40,957 nt of DNA from a virus (taxonomy: Duplodnaviria > Caudoviricetes). Within the stretch, counting starts at the first letter, position 1. Every line of letters starts with the position of its first letter. Under the pieces are notes generated by a model. That model was not told the DNA's origin. It saw nothing but the letters and a program-made list of their open reading frames with translations, and searched no databases. Below are positions 18,620 through 27,578 of this stretch, piece after piece. Location: the IMG/VR virus record IMGVR_UViG_3300032320_000902, positions 1-40,957 of that record; one strand, 5' to 3'. The translations under genes were made by a program, and so were the position numbers.

Positions 18620-18776
18620 GGCCGTCCTTGATCCCGTAGGTAGCTATGGGCCGGATGCGGTAGCGCACCGCAGCCTTTAGCCCGTCTTCCACTATCTTGT
18701 CGGGGCTGAGCGTGGGCACGAAGAACCCACGCCCGACACTAGTCTTTTTCCACGGATACTGGATCTTCGTCGGCAT
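18588..18776 (-). CDS. Small hypothetical protein, probably DNA binding
   Basis: YPWKKTSVGRGFFVP...GVWFFR; last gene of the leftward operon, overlaps the primase 3' end. Confidence 0.6.
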   Translation of the reverse strand: MPTKIQYPWKKTSVGRGFFVPTLSPDKIVEDGLKAAVRYRIRPIATYGIKDGLIGVWFFRRF

Positions 18777-21651
18777 CTGTTTTCTTACGGCTTAAATGTA
18801 GCGCGTTCACCCGCATCATTGGCCCGCCTGTCTTAGCCAGCATGTCCTTTTTGATATAGGTGATGGCGTGTGTCTGGGCTAGCTCAGTCTTGAAGTCGTT
18901 GTACGCGAAGCTCATGCTGACGCAGTGCTGCCTGAGTAAATTCTCCTCGATGTAATAGTCTATGTAGCCGGGCTTGTTTATCCCGTGTTCTACTCGCCCC
19001 ATCACCTTTGAGCGTGTGATGGATTTCTCTACCGTATCACCATCACCCCACGCCGCCAGCAGCCGACCCTCGGCTTTCTTTAGAACGATGAACCCGCCGT
19101 AGTTCTCCCGGGTAAACGAGTTCAGCACATCGTCAGCACTGCGCACATTGCTTGAGATACTGCCCCGCGCTTTGAACACCAACTCTTTAAGCGCATCGAT
19201 CACGTGTTGGACGGGCACATCTATTATGTTGGCATACTTCTTGCTTAACAAAATCCCCGCTGTAACTACTTCAGTACACGCAACATGCCAGTACCGTTCG
19301 TCATCCGTAAACTTGAATTCCTTCTCTAGTTGCAAGTGCACTTGGGGCATGATGTCTTTGATGGTCTTGCGGTTCTGCACCATCCAGCGCACCCACGCTT
19401 CTCCAGCAACGCCATAGTTGCGTTTGAGTAACTTCAGGATCTCGCGCTCTTCTGCGTTCCAGTGCAGCTTCACATTCGGCGTCCACTCAAGCATGCGAAG
19501 TAACTCACCATTCGAGCTAAATTTGCGGGCGCCTGCCATGTAATCTGTTAAGTTTTCGTTTGAAGTCAGCGTGCACGTTAATCCCCACGTGGTGTCGTTA
19601 ACACGTTCTTTGTTAGCGCCGGCCTCCATGCGCTCTTTACCTTTGCCCTCGGACATGTCGAAGATGAACCCCGGTGCCCACTCCATGTCTTTGCGGTGCT
19701 GGCCGGTGATCTCGTCCACCAGCAGGGGCATGCTGTTTAAGTTGCCTGCGCGGTTCTGCATCGCCACGGGCGATGTGCCCTTCCCTGTGCGGTAATGCAC
19801 TGGGTGACCCCAGACTCCAGCCTTGGCACTTAGTGTTAGTGACTTGCCGGTGCCCGACTTATTAGCGCCGATGTGCCACACAAACCCTTCGTACTCGGTG
19901 AAGTGCATAAGCGGACACCCAAACGAATCAAGCGCAACAGCCAAGAGCGTGTACATCTTGCGCTCAATAAACAGGTTCCAGACCTTGCGCCAATCCTCTA
20001 ACGTGCCCTTGGCCTGTGTGATCCGAGTGATGTTCTCCAGCCCCGGCATAGGCACCGTAGTGACCGAGCCGTCCTTATTAAAGATCCTGCCGTTATAAAC
20101 AAACGACCCGTTTTCCTGCCAGCCCGCCTGTAGCGGTACAGTAACTACCTTCTTGTTGAGCGACGCCTGCTCGACGCATGCCCGCACGTAGTTGAACAGG
20201 TTGATATCGCTGCCCTGTCCGTACGATGAGATGATGTTCTGGTTCGCCAACCACTTGACGGTCTCGTCTTTACTTACTGCCGCTTTCTGCGGCATGTTGA
20301 TCAGCACCGGGCCGTCTGGGCGCACCGCTACCATGTGAACTAAGTGGTCGTGCTGGTATTTCAGGATGTCGATCACAAACAAGTCGTAGGGCAGAATCTG
20401 CTTCTGCACCGTCATCTTCTTGCCCTCTTCGTCCTTCTCTTCCTTCTGGCAGTACACCCCGCCATTGATCCCGTAACTAAACCCGTGCGGCGGCTCTGGG
20501 CGAGTGACCGTGATGGGCGCGGGCTTGACTATATCGTCATCGTCATCTTCGGCGTCTATACCGAAGAGCGCCTCTTCCGCGTCTTCATCCGTTGCGTTGA
20601 TCGTGATTTCTTTCGTGGTGTTATCCGTCTGAATCTCGCGACCAAACTTGAGCGGGTTAGTAATCTGCCCCCAATGTACACACGATGTACACACACCGGG
20701 ATTCTCGCTGTCCATCTTGATGCAGGGATAAGGCCCCTTAATCTCCGCGAGCTTTGCATTCATTCGCTCGCTAGTGTACGGATGCAGCGCAGCCAAGTCA
20801 GACGCAGCCTCTTCAGCATCCGTGCAAACCTTGGCCCACGACAACAGCCCACGCCATATAGGCTCCATCCCATCTTGGGAGGCGTGCTCACGGTAGTACT
20901 TGATCTGTCCGCAGCCCGACTTTTCTTCGACTAATCTGAACACTGTAGCGCTATTAGCCACAAGCTTTAGCGGCGCAGCAGACTTGGTTGGGCGCTTCCC
21001 CGGCAGATTGAGTGGGGTGACTGGCTCAAACATGGGTGCGACAAGCTTCGAGAGAATCTGACCCAAGAATTCTTCAAAGACAAACGTATCCCCTTCCGCC
21101 AGTATCTTGACCTCGCGGGGTTCTGGGTATTTCTTTTTGTGATTCCACGTTCCCGGCACGCGCAGTACTCGCGCAGCATCCGCAGGCACCGTCCAGTCTA
21201 TGTGCAGCCCCTCTTGTTTACAGAGGCGCTTGAAGTTCTCAGCAGCCGGCTTCCAAATGCTTACGTTGACAGTCTCAGTGAACGGCCAATAAGCGTGGAT
21301 GCCCCCGCCTGAACTGACGATCCACGGTATCCCAAATTGGGAGAGACCTGTTTTCTCAAGAAACTCGTTAAGCGCTAGTGCTGCGGCCTTCTTGGTTTCG
21401 TACCCATCCATGTCGATAAAGAACGACTTGATGGTCTGTGCATTGACCGCCTCCCGGCTACGGCTCTCCTTGAATGTGGCTAGCGCAAAGTAAACGTCAT
21501 ACTTCCTTTCATTCCACTCGTCGATCTTGGCTTGCAGGTCTTCAATGCTTTCACCAAAGACATGCTCTTTCTTACGCGATAGTTCTGCGGCACAGTAATA
21601 CCCGTTGCCCGGAGGCGGCAGAACCTGCGTCAAAAAACGCAACGGCACCAT
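18739..21651 (-). CDS. Primase-helicase (RepB/AEP-like primase + Cys cluster + DUF927-type helicase)
   Basis: FFIDMD, SSGGGIHAYW, DAARVLRVPGTWNHK; PYPC..CTSCVH; Walker A SGTGKS, Walker B LLVDE. Confidence 0.85.
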   Translation of the reverse strand: MVPLRFLTQVLPPPGNGYYCAAELSRKKEHVFGESIEDLQAKIDEWNERKYDVYFALATFKESRSREAVNAQTIKSFFIDMDGYETKKAAALALNEFLEKTGLSQFGIPWIVSSGGGIHAYWPFTETVNVSIWKPAAENFKRLCKQEGLHIDWTVPADAARVLRVPGTWNHKKKYPEPREVKILAEGDTFVFEEFLGQILSKLVAPMFEPVTPLNLPGKRPTKSAAPLKLVANSATVFRLVEEKSGCGQIKYYREHASQDGMEPIWRGLLSWAKVCTDAEEAASDLAALHPYTSERMNAKLAEIKGPYPCIKMDSENPGVCTSCVHWGQITNPLKFGREIQTDNTTKEITINATDEDAEEALFGIDAEDDDDDIVKPAPITVTRPEPPHGFSYGINGGVYCQKEEKDEEGKKMTVQKQILPYDLFVIDILKYQHDHLVHMVAVRPDGPVLINMPQKAAVSKDETVKWLANQNIISSYGQGSDINLFNYVRACVEQASLNKKVVTVPLQAGWQENGSFVYNGRIFNKDGSVTTVPMPGLENITRITQAKGTLEDWRKVWNLFIERKMYTLLAVALDSFGCPLMHFTEYEGFVWHIGANKSGTGKSLTLSAKAGVWGHPVHYRTGKGTSPVAMQNRAGNLNSMPLLVDEITGQHRKDMEWAPGFIFDMSEGKGKERMEAGANKERVNDTTWGLTCTLTSNENLTDYMAGARKFSSNGELLRMLEWTPNVKLHWNAEEREILKLLKRNYGVAGEAWVRWMVQNRKTIKDIMPQVHLQLEKEFKFTDDERYWHVACTEVVTAGILLSKKYANIIDVPVQHVIDALKELVFKARGSISSNVRSADDVLNSFTRENYGGFIVLKKAEGRLLAAWGDGDTVEKSITRSKVMGRVEHGINKPGYIDYYIEENLLRQHCVSMSFAYNDFKTELAQTHAITYIKKDMLAKTGGPMMRVNALHLSRKKTDADEDPVSVEKD

Positions 21652-21663
21652 AAACGCCCCAAG

Positions 21664-21942
21664 TTACGGGTTGATATTGAACTTCTTGCACGCTTCTTGG
21701 TATGCAATCTCGGGGTCCGGGTTGGCCCGCAGGATCTGAATGAGCGCCTCGATGATTGGTCGATAAGCAGGGAAGACCTCCCTGCCCGAGAACCAGTTGT
21801 AGACGGACTGGCGCGTAGCGCCCGTGATCTTGGATATGCGCAAGACCGAGAAGTCCCGATAGACCGCCCAACGCCCAAGCTGGTTACCCAGTGTCTTGGG
21901 TGCATCGGCTACGATGTCAATTGTTTTCTGTGTGTAAGACAT
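21664..21942 (-). CDS. Cro/XRE-like helix-turn-helix regulator
   Basis: SVLRISKITGATRQSVYNWFSG HTH; start at ATG 21942 preferred. Confidence 0.75.
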   Translation of the reverse strand: MSYTQKTIDIVADAPKTLGNQLGRWAVYRDFSVLRISKITGATRQSVYNWFSGREVFPAYRPIIEALIQILRANPDPEIAYQEACKKFNINP

Positions 21943-21949
21943 AATTAGC

Positions 21950-21966
21950 GGGGGCACGAAGCCCCC
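21950..21966 (-). terminator. Intergenic hairpin GGGGGC-TTCGT-GCCCCC after the SSB gene
   Basis: 6-bp GC stem; no U-tract, so possibly an mRNA-stabilising or attenuating hairpin. Confidence 0.35.
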
Positions 21967-21980
21967 AGCCCCTTTAAGAG

Positions 21981-22919
21981 TTATTCCCAGTCATCGACCA
22001 TCGCAAGAAGATTACTCTTCTTCGCGGGCACAGCGCTAGTCTTCTTCTCTTCCTTACGCACGACCGGCTCCTCAGACGCCTCATCGTCGGCCACCAAAGC
22101 TTCAAGCTGCGCTGACTTGGCTTCTGCTTTGGCTTCTGCTTTAGCTTCTACCTTGCGGTCAGGACGCGCGCCGAGTGCCAGTGGCGCTGGAGCAGCAGCT
22201 TCGTTCTTAGAGAACGACATCGTGATCGCCTTGACAGCATCATCAGACTTGCTCTGCATCTCAATCGTCGGCAGATCGTCGCCATCCACCCACGCCATTG
22301 CCTTGAAGAACATCTTGGGCGACTGGCTCTTGGTGTCAAACTTGATGCGCGTGACCACATCACTTGGCTCGATCTTCTGAGCACCCAGATACCGGGCGTA
22401 TGCTTGCAACGGACGATCGTCGCCTTTAGCGTCTTTGTCCCAGATTGAAGTAGCCGGTACTTGAAGCGCCAGAATATCCCCGCCGATATCATTCGGTAGC
22501 ACAACAGCCAAGCGCTGCTGGTAGCGGCAAGCACGCGAGTTACCTTGCCCCGATCCTGCGATGTTCTTGGGGCAGGTTGCACAAGAATCTGACTGCTTGT
22601 TTGTTGAGTCGGCACTAGGCACAGAACCATCCGCAGACCAGCAATCAGGCGAAGTTGCTTCGCCATCATAAGACTTCGCATACCAGACCCGACCAATGTG
22701 GGCAGCGGCATTAACTATTACCACATCGAGGTGGCGCTCCTCGATTGCAGCGATCTCTTTGCCGCCGTGGTACAGGCGGAACACACCGCCTGCAATACTG
22801 ATTCGCTTACCTCCGCTACTGCCACCACCACTGAGGGCTTTGGCGATTGGCGAGAGTTCTGTCCGCGCGCGGACATGTGCAGGGGCTTGCGCTGGATTGA
22901 AAATAGCTACGTTGGACAT
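21981..22919 (-). CDS. Putative single-stranded DNA-binding protein
   Basis: PDCWS..CATCPKN..RACR Cys cluster; low-complexity tail ending in acidic/aromatic DDWE; located in the replication module. Confidence 0.6.
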   Translation of the reverse strand: MSNVAIFNPAQAPAHVRARTELSPIAKALSGGGSSGGKRISIAGGVFRLYHGGKEIAAIEERHLDVVIVNAAAHIGRVWYAKSYDGEATSPDCWSADGSVPSADSTNKQSDSCATCPKNIAGSGQGNSRACRYQQRLAVVLPNDIGGDILALQVPATSIWDKDAKGDDRPLQAYARYLGAQKIEPSDVVTRIKFDTKSQSPKMFFKAMAWVDGDDLPTIEMQSKSDDAVKAITMSFSKNEAAAPAPLALGARPDRKVEAKAEAKAEAKSAQLEALVADDEASEEPVVRKEEKKTSAVPAKKSNLLAMVDDWE

Positions 22920-22933
22920 TGTTGAAAAGTGCC

Positions 22934-23341
22934 TTATTTAGAGGTTGGCTTTTTGACAGTGATGCCGTACTCCGACATGGAGTTCAGCCCGGGGGGAACA
23001 AGACCGGGGTTCTCTTCCAGAAACTGCGCCATGTTGGTCTGCGCTACACGCTTCTCCAACAGATCTACAGCTTCATGCTCGATAACGAACTTCTTGAATG
23101 AGTCCCAGTCCTGCGTAGAGTAGCGCGTCTTTTGGGACAGCACCACAGTACCTTCTACAGTGCGAACGGATGCCAGCCCAAGCGCCAGCATTTGATCCTT
23201 GATCGCAAGTTTAACCTGCTCCTGCTGGGCCTTGATCGGCTCAACAGCGTTCTCATACTCGGCAGTCAACTCCTGAATGCGGGTTGACATCTTACGATAA
23301 ACACGGACGAGTTTGTCCATCTGAATGGTGTCTTCGCTCAT
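22934..23341 (-). CDS. Coiled-coil replication-module protein (Gam/Gp157-like)
   Basis: Helical N-terminus, SVRTVEGTV, DWDSFKKFV..LLEKRV, PPGLN; GGAG/AGGA SD. Confidence 0.5.
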   Translation of the reverse strand: MSEDTIQMDKLVRVYRKMSTRIQELTAEYENAVEPIKAQQEQVKLAIKDQMLALGLASVRTVEGTVVLSQKTRYSTQDWDSFKKFVIEHEAVDLLEKRVAQTNMAQFLEENPGLVPPGLNSMSEYGITVKKPTSK

Positions 23342-23356
23342 TTCCTACTCCAAGTT

Positions 23357-23400
23357 TGTCTAGTGTTTGACATTCTACACGATCTGTTTGACAACGCAAG
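23357..23400 (-). promoter_or_regulatory. sigma70-like promoter (TTGCGT-N16-TAGAAT) with overlapping palindrome TGTCAA-N4-TAGACA
   Basis: Intergenic; TGTCAAACA direct repeats on both sides of the -10; palindrome at 23357-23372. Confidence 0.55.
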
Positions 23401-23407
23401 CGGTTTC

Positions 23408-24970
23408 TTAACTTTTGATCTCCTCGTTGAATAGGTTCACCAGTAGCGCGTGCTCGCTCACTTTGCTGTTCATTGCCTTGAACATCTCGCGCTCGATGTG
23501 GCTGCTCTGAAGATGCACAACTGTCACCTTATCCGAGTCCTGCCCCTTACGGTCTGCGCGGGCGATACATTGTGTGTACATCTCAACCGACATCAGCGGG
23601 CCATAGAAGATCACCGTGTCCGCAGCAGTCAGCGTTAGTCCGTGCGCCGCAGCCGCAGGTTGTAGCACCAACACCCGCAGGTTGTCTGTGGTCTGGAAGT
23701 CATGAATGATCTTGTTGCGCTTAGCTGGGCTGACATCGCCTTGGATCTGCTCGGTGGGGTAGCCCTTCTTGTTTAGGTATGTGGCAACCGCGTCGATGCT
23801 GCTACGGAACAAGGCAAAAATCAACACCTTGCGTTTGGTTTCTTGCAAGACTTCTTCCAGCACTGCGAGCCTTGGGCTGGCGTCAAACTCAACTACTTCT
23901 TTGTCGTCGGTATAACTACTGCCACAAGAAATTTGTAAGAGTTTGCTTACCATAACTCCTGCGTTGACCGCGCTGATCGTTTCCCCAGCCGCCTTGACCA
24001 TCATCTGCTCTTTGAGTAGCCGGTAGTACTTGCTCTGCTGTGGCGTCATCGGTACATCGCGGGTGACCGTGATCACGGGCGGCAGATCTAAACACTGCGC
24101 CTTGGTAAATCTAATCGCGGGTTGTAATGCGTCAAATACAAGCTCGGCGGCGTTGGGTTTGGGTGCCCACTTGAACTGCGTGATCTTGTGCATCGTCATG
24201 TCGCGCCACGCCGACAAGTACTTCGGGATGCCGCCCGGGTTTACTAGCTTAGCCAGACCATAAGCGTCCACAGGGGACTGCGACGCAGGCGTACCCGTCA
24301 TCATCCACAGGTAAGTCTCCGGTTTAATGATCGAGGCGAGCGCCTTCCATCGGTTGGTTGTGGCGTTTTTATAGCAGTTCGCTTCATCCACAATAATCAG
24401 ATCGAAGCGCCCATCGCGGATGATCTCCGGTGCAACTAGTGCTAGCCCATCGTAGTTGGTAATGACGAACGTGTAGTCCTGCTGAATCATCTCGATCCTG
24501 CGCGAAGACTGTGTGTGATGCGCAACGATGGCGCTCCTGTGCATGATGGCGTTGTTCAAGTCTTGCATCCACGCCGACTGCATAATCGAGAGCGGGCACA
24601 ACACCAGCACCCGGCGCACGTAGCCCTTCTCGATCAGGTAGTCCGCAGCCCACAGCGCGGACATTGTTTTGCCTGTACCGGGATCATTGAAACAAAACGC
24701 CCGCCTGTGCATTGTCAAAAAAGCGGCAGTATCTATTTGATGCTGCATGGGCCTGTAGCGTCCCGGCCAACTGTACCGCTTGGTGATTGGCGAGGGTACA
24801 TTCTTCACGCCAAGATTGTGTAGGACCCTTGCTTCATCTAACCCCCAGTAGACGGCCACCTCATGGATGCCGTCATCATCTGCTTCCAAGACCTTATGCT
24901 TGGGGATGATCGAGTACTTGTCGGGGTTGCGCGTCCTGAAAAGAAGCGCTTTGTTTTCAATGATCTGCAT
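23408..24970 (-). CDS. SNF2-family (SF2) helicase
   Basis: DPGTGKT, VDEAN, MTGTP, HGLTLTAA, QCIARADRKGQ. Confidence 0.9.
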   Translation of the reverse strand: MQIIENKALLFRTRNPDKYSIIPKHKVLEADDDGIHEVAVYWGLDEARVLHNLGVKNVPSPITKRYSWPGRYRPMQHQIDTAAFLTMHRRAFCFNDPGTGKTMSALWAADYLIEKGYVRRVLVLCPLSIMQSAWMQDLNNAIMHRSAIVAHHTQSSRRIEMIQQDYTFVITNYDGLALVAPEIIRDGRFDLIIVDEANCYKNATTNRWKALASIIKPETYLWMMTGTPASQSPVDAYGLAKLVNPGGIPKYLSAWRDMTMHKITQFKWAPKPNAAELVFDALQPAIRFTKAQCLDLPPVITVTRDVPMTPQQSKYYRLLKEQMMVKAAGETISAVNAGVMVSKLLQISCGSSYTDDKEVVEFDASPRLAVLEEVLQETKRKVLIFALFRSSIDAVATYLNKKGYPTEQIQGDVSPAKRNKIIHDFQTTDNLRVLVLQPAAAAHGLTLTAADTVIFYGPLMSVEMYTQCIARADRKGQDSDKVTVVHLQSSHIEREMFKAMNSKVSEHALLVNLFNEEIKS

Positions 24971-24971
24971 G

Positions 24972-25157
24972 TTAGCGAGTAAAGCCTATATATTTGATGC
25001 GATCTAGCAGGGTAGGGCGCAAGCGCTTCCCCCAAAGAAGCGAGTCTTGCAAGCGCTCCATATCCCACGAAATCCATTTCGGTTGCTGCTTACGATAGTA
25101 CCCTGTACACATCTGGGACTTGTCCCAGTCTTTGACAAATTGTCCGTTGACCAGCAT
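24972..25157 (-). CDS. Hypothetical protein
   Basis: AGGAG SD; abuts the helicase start. Confidence 0.6.
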   Translation of the reverse strand: MLVNGQFVKDWDKSQMCTGYYRKQQPKWISWDMERLQDSLLWGKRLRPTLLDRIKYIGFTR

Positions 25158-25170
25158 TTAGCGTCTCCTG

Positions 25171-25263
25171 TCAGTTAAAAACAACGATGGCGTAGACACA
25201 CAGGCAGGCTACGTATAGCACCGCAAGAAAGGCCAGCCAGTTTAAGAGCAGATCGATTCGCAT
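25171..25263 (-). CDS. 30-aa hydrophobic membrane micro-protein; not in ORF track
   Basis: MRIDLLLNWLAFLAVLYVACLCVYAIVVFN; GAGG upstream; fills the gap in the operon. Confidence 0.5.
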   Translation of the reverse strand: MRIDLLLNWLAFLAVLYVACLCVYAIVVFN

Positions 25264-25583
25264 ACTTGGTGCCTCGGTAAGTTGCGTAAGTGGTAGGCGT
25301 AGTCAGGCTCGTTCTTGAGCGCGGCTTTTCTCATTCTTTCTTCGTTAGAGGGGGGTTTTTTTCTGGGCGCTGGCGCTTCGCCCGACAGTCTGTATGCCAT
25401 ACACAGCCGGTTTTCCCACCCCTCCATGACGATTTCCCTGCGCAACAGAACGCCTTCAAGATACAAATTTCGCAGTGCATTTTTAATTGCGCCCAGAGTC
25501 ATGTTGGGGACGTAGATCTTTGCCGCTGGCAACTCACCATGCTCTTTTAAGTACTCAAGTATTGGGTGTGTTGTTTTTGCCAT
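25242..25583 (-). CDS. Winged-helix-like DNA-binding protein
   Basis: ILEYLKEHG..AIKNALRNLYLEGVLLR..AYRL; start at ATG 25583 preferred. Confidence 0.55.
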   Translation of the reverse strand: MAKTTHPILEYLKEHGELPAAKIYVPNMTLGAIKNALRNLYLEGVLLRREIVMEGWENRLCMAYRLSGEAPAPRKKPPSNEERMRKAALKNEPDYAYHLRNLPRHQVCESICS

Positions 25584-25749
25584 CGAAGTCTTCCAGTAGG
25601 TTGTCGTAAAGCTTTTGTAGATCGTGAATCCAGTCTTGCAACGCATCTAGCTGCATTATTCGGTACGTGTCATCGAACTCCGGCTTGGTAAACACCACGC
25701 CTTCTTCTTTCAGCGTGTCCCATTTCAAGTTAATCATTGTTTGTTTCAT
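25555..25749 (-). CDS. Hypothetical protein
   Basis: 64-aa ORF tightly packed in the operon. Confidence 0.6.
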   Translation of the reverse strand: MKQTMINLKWDTLKEEGVVFTKPEFDDTYRIMQLDALQDWIHDLQKLYDNLLEDFDGKNNTPNT

Positions 25750-25893
25750 CTAAAACAGTGCCTCTGGTACGTTGGACAAATCTAGCTTCGGTTTGCGTTT
25801 GCGCTTGATGCGCTCGACTATGTGGGGATATGGCGGCATATGCCAGACCCACCGCACCACGTTGCCTTCGTCGTCAAGGATTCCGTATTTCAT
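25750..25893 (-). CDS. 47-aa hypothetical protein; not in ORF track
   Basis: MKYGILDDEGNVVRWVWHMPPYPHIVERIKRKRKPKLDLSNVPEALF; stop abuts the next ATG. Confidence 0.6.
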   Translation of the reverse strand: MKYGILDDEGNVVRWVWHMPPYPHIVERIKRKRKPKLDLSNVPEALF

Positions 25894-26113
25894 TCTGTCT
25901 GGCCTTTAACATTTCATCTGCCATTTCGTAACAATGATCTGCGATTTTTATATAGGTATCAGTGTCAAAAAGAAGCCCTTCTTCTTCTAATTCATTTTTG
26001 TGGTTGTTAGCAAAATAACCACATAACACTTGCCCCGCAAAGTGATCGCGTAGGGTCATGCCTGAAATTTTTTGACCTACAAAATTTACATGAGGAAATG
26101 CGAATTCATCCAC
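25874..26113 (-). CDS. Hypothetical phage protein of the GMTLRDxFA family
   Basis: AFP..GMTLRDHFAGQ..CYEMADEMLKAR; GTG start after AAGGAG. Confidence 0.7.
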   Translation of the reverse strand: MDEFAFPHVNFVGQKISGMTLRDHFAGQVLCGYFANNHKNELEEEGLLFDTDTYIKIADHCYEMADEMLKARQNEIRNP

Positions 26114-26372
26114 CGTTCTTCTCCTTGAGTTTGGATTCAATCTGGTCAAACAGTTTGCGGGTGTAGCCTTTGATTGGCGTATCCCCCCACGGTCCTATGA
26201 TTTCTTTAATCTCATCATCCGTCAACCCGACCCAACGCTGTGAGTGTTTGACTGCTTCTTTAACTATTTCAATTTCTTCTTGAAGTGTATCGGCAAGGTA
26301 AATGGGTTTTAATTTACCGTCTGCGTCTTTATGTCTACCCAAAGACATTAGGAGCTGTTCAATATCAATCAT
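26106..26372 (-). CDS. Hypothetical protein with C-terminal WVGLTDDEI...KLKEKN module
   Basis: ATGA overlap; shares its C-terminal module with the upstream gene. Confidence 0.7.
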   Translation of the reverse strand: MIDIEQLLMSLGRHKDADGKLKPIYLADTLQEEIEIVKEAVKHSQRWVGLTDDEIKEIIGPWGDTPIKGYTRKLFDQIESKLKEKNGG

Positions 26373-26737
26373 GTGTTTTTCTCCTTAAGTTTGGCTTCTA
26401 CATCTTTAACTAATTGAACTAAAGCCGGGGCGTCCTCGTAACTGGGCCACCAACTTGGCAGGGATTTAATTTCATTATCCGTCAGCCCGACCCACTGCTG
26501 TGGTGGGGTGGTGTTGAATTTCAATTCGGCGCGAAGGCGCTGGTTTTCGTCAAACAAAGCCCAGAAATCAAGGTTGTCTTTTACAGGCTCCTGATTAGGT
26601 TGTGGACAGCAATGACCGCACCGGGGGCAGTCAATCATTAACTCCTGCCGACCCGGAAGATGTTCAAGATGGTTCTGGGTTTTCCAGTTCATCGCATCTG
26701 CGTAGCCTTGGTGATATCCGCGCTCAAAGTCAGTCAT
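26369..26737 (-). CDS. Hypothetical protein with CPRCG and C-terminal WVGLTDNEI...KLKEKN module
   Basis: ATG at 26737 with GGAGG SD and ATGA overlap. Confidence 0.7.
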   Translation of the reverse strand: MTDFERGYHQGYADAMNWKTQNHLEHLPGRQELMIDCPRCGHCCPQPNQEPVKDNLDFWALFDENQRLRAELKFNTTPPQQWVGLTDNEIKSLPSWWPSYEDAPALVQLVKDVEAKLKEKNT

Positions 26738-26817
26738 AAGGGGCACCTCCCGCAGTACGGGCAGTTAACAATAATCGTACGGATGGATTTGCCGCATCGC
26801 AGACAGGTGTAGGTCAC
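26734..26817 (-). CDS. 27-aa zinc-ribbon micro-protein; not in ORF track
   Basis: MTYTCLRCGKSIRTIIVNCPYCGRCPL; GTGA and ATGA overlaps with both neighbours; GGGGGAG SD. Confidence 0.6.
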   Translation of the reverse strand: MTYTCLRCGKSIRTIIVNCPYCGRCPL

Positions 26818-27032
26818 TTCTCCCCCCTTTGTCGGAAGGCTGCAAGCACGTCATCGGTACAACAAATGCCTTCAGAGCAGCTATTGTCTAGCACTATCGC
26901 AACACACGCCCGCCGCTCATGCGCGGCAACAAGGTTGGCGAAGCGTTCAAGCCCAACGTCATTGAACTCCGCTGTTTGACCGGTCCAGTCACCAGCCTCC
27001 CGCGCCATGCGGATAATGTCTTCCTTAGTCAT
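26814..27032 (-). CDS. Hypothetical phage protein (DIIRMAREAG...LERFA..VAAHER family)
   Basis: Motif I recall from small phage genes; ATGA overlap. Confidence 0.7.
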   Translation of the reverse strand: MTKEDIIRMAREAGDWTGQTAEFNDVGLERFANLVAAHERRACVAIVLDNSCSEGICCTDDVLAAFRQRGEK

Positions 27033-27184
27033 TTGATAGCTCCAAGCATTCCTTCCATGCAGTATTGTCGGATCTCCATCATCTTCTTAAGTACTTCGTA
27101 TTCAGTACCCTCTGCTGCTAAGTTTTGAAGTTCGCGCGCGGCGTTGTAGACCTTAACGATTGCTTCTGCTAGTTCTAATGTCAT
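27029..27184 (-). CDS. 51-aa helical hypothetical protein; not in ORF track
   Basis: MTLELAEAIVKVYNAARELQ...MLGAIK; ATGA overlaps at both ends; AAGGA SD. Confidence 0.6.
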   Translation of the reverse strand: MTLELAEAIVKVYNAARELQNLAAEGTEYEVLKKMMEIRQYCMEGMLGAIK

Positions 27185-27327
27185 GCTATTTTGTCCTTGA
27201 ATCCGCTTGTGTGTAATCGCTTAAAGCAGGCTTCGCATTTCCACCTGAACCCTTTACCGCTCGATAGTGGTACTTTGTGGATTGCTGGGTTCACTCTGCA
27301 TTGTTGGCAATTTGGTTTTACTTCCAA
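27181..27327 (-). CDS. 48-aa zinc-finger micro-protein; not in ORF track
   Basis: TTG start after GAGGTGGGAG; CQQC...WKCEAC. Confidence 0.55.
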   Translation of the reverse strand: MEVKPNCQQCRVNPAIHKVPLSSGKGFRWKCEACFKRLHTSGFKDKIA

Positions 27328-27578
27328 CTCCCACCTCGTGCCGTCATCTGACCGGCTAGAAATGCAGCTTTGTAAGCACCATCATTAGTGTTGGCCCGCA
27401 TTAGCTGTTCCTTCAGATGTGTAATCTCAACTTGAGATTGTTTAACCGCCGCATCCCATCCCGCTGCAAAAGCATCATGCAGAAACCCTTCCTGTGAGTG
27501 ATACCCGCCCATCGGCATGTTCTTGCCGTGCGTACCCGCCCACCACTCACGCCATGCCGCAGCACGTTCTTTATTCAT
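27318..27578 (-). CDS. Hypothetical protein
   Basis: MNKERAAAWREWW...AFAAGWDAA; GGAG SD. Confidence 0.6.
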   Translation of the reverse strand: MNKERAAAWREWWAGTHGKNMPMGGYHSQEGFLHDAFAAGWDAAVKQSQVEITHLKEQLMRANTNDGAYKAAFLAGQMTARGGSWK

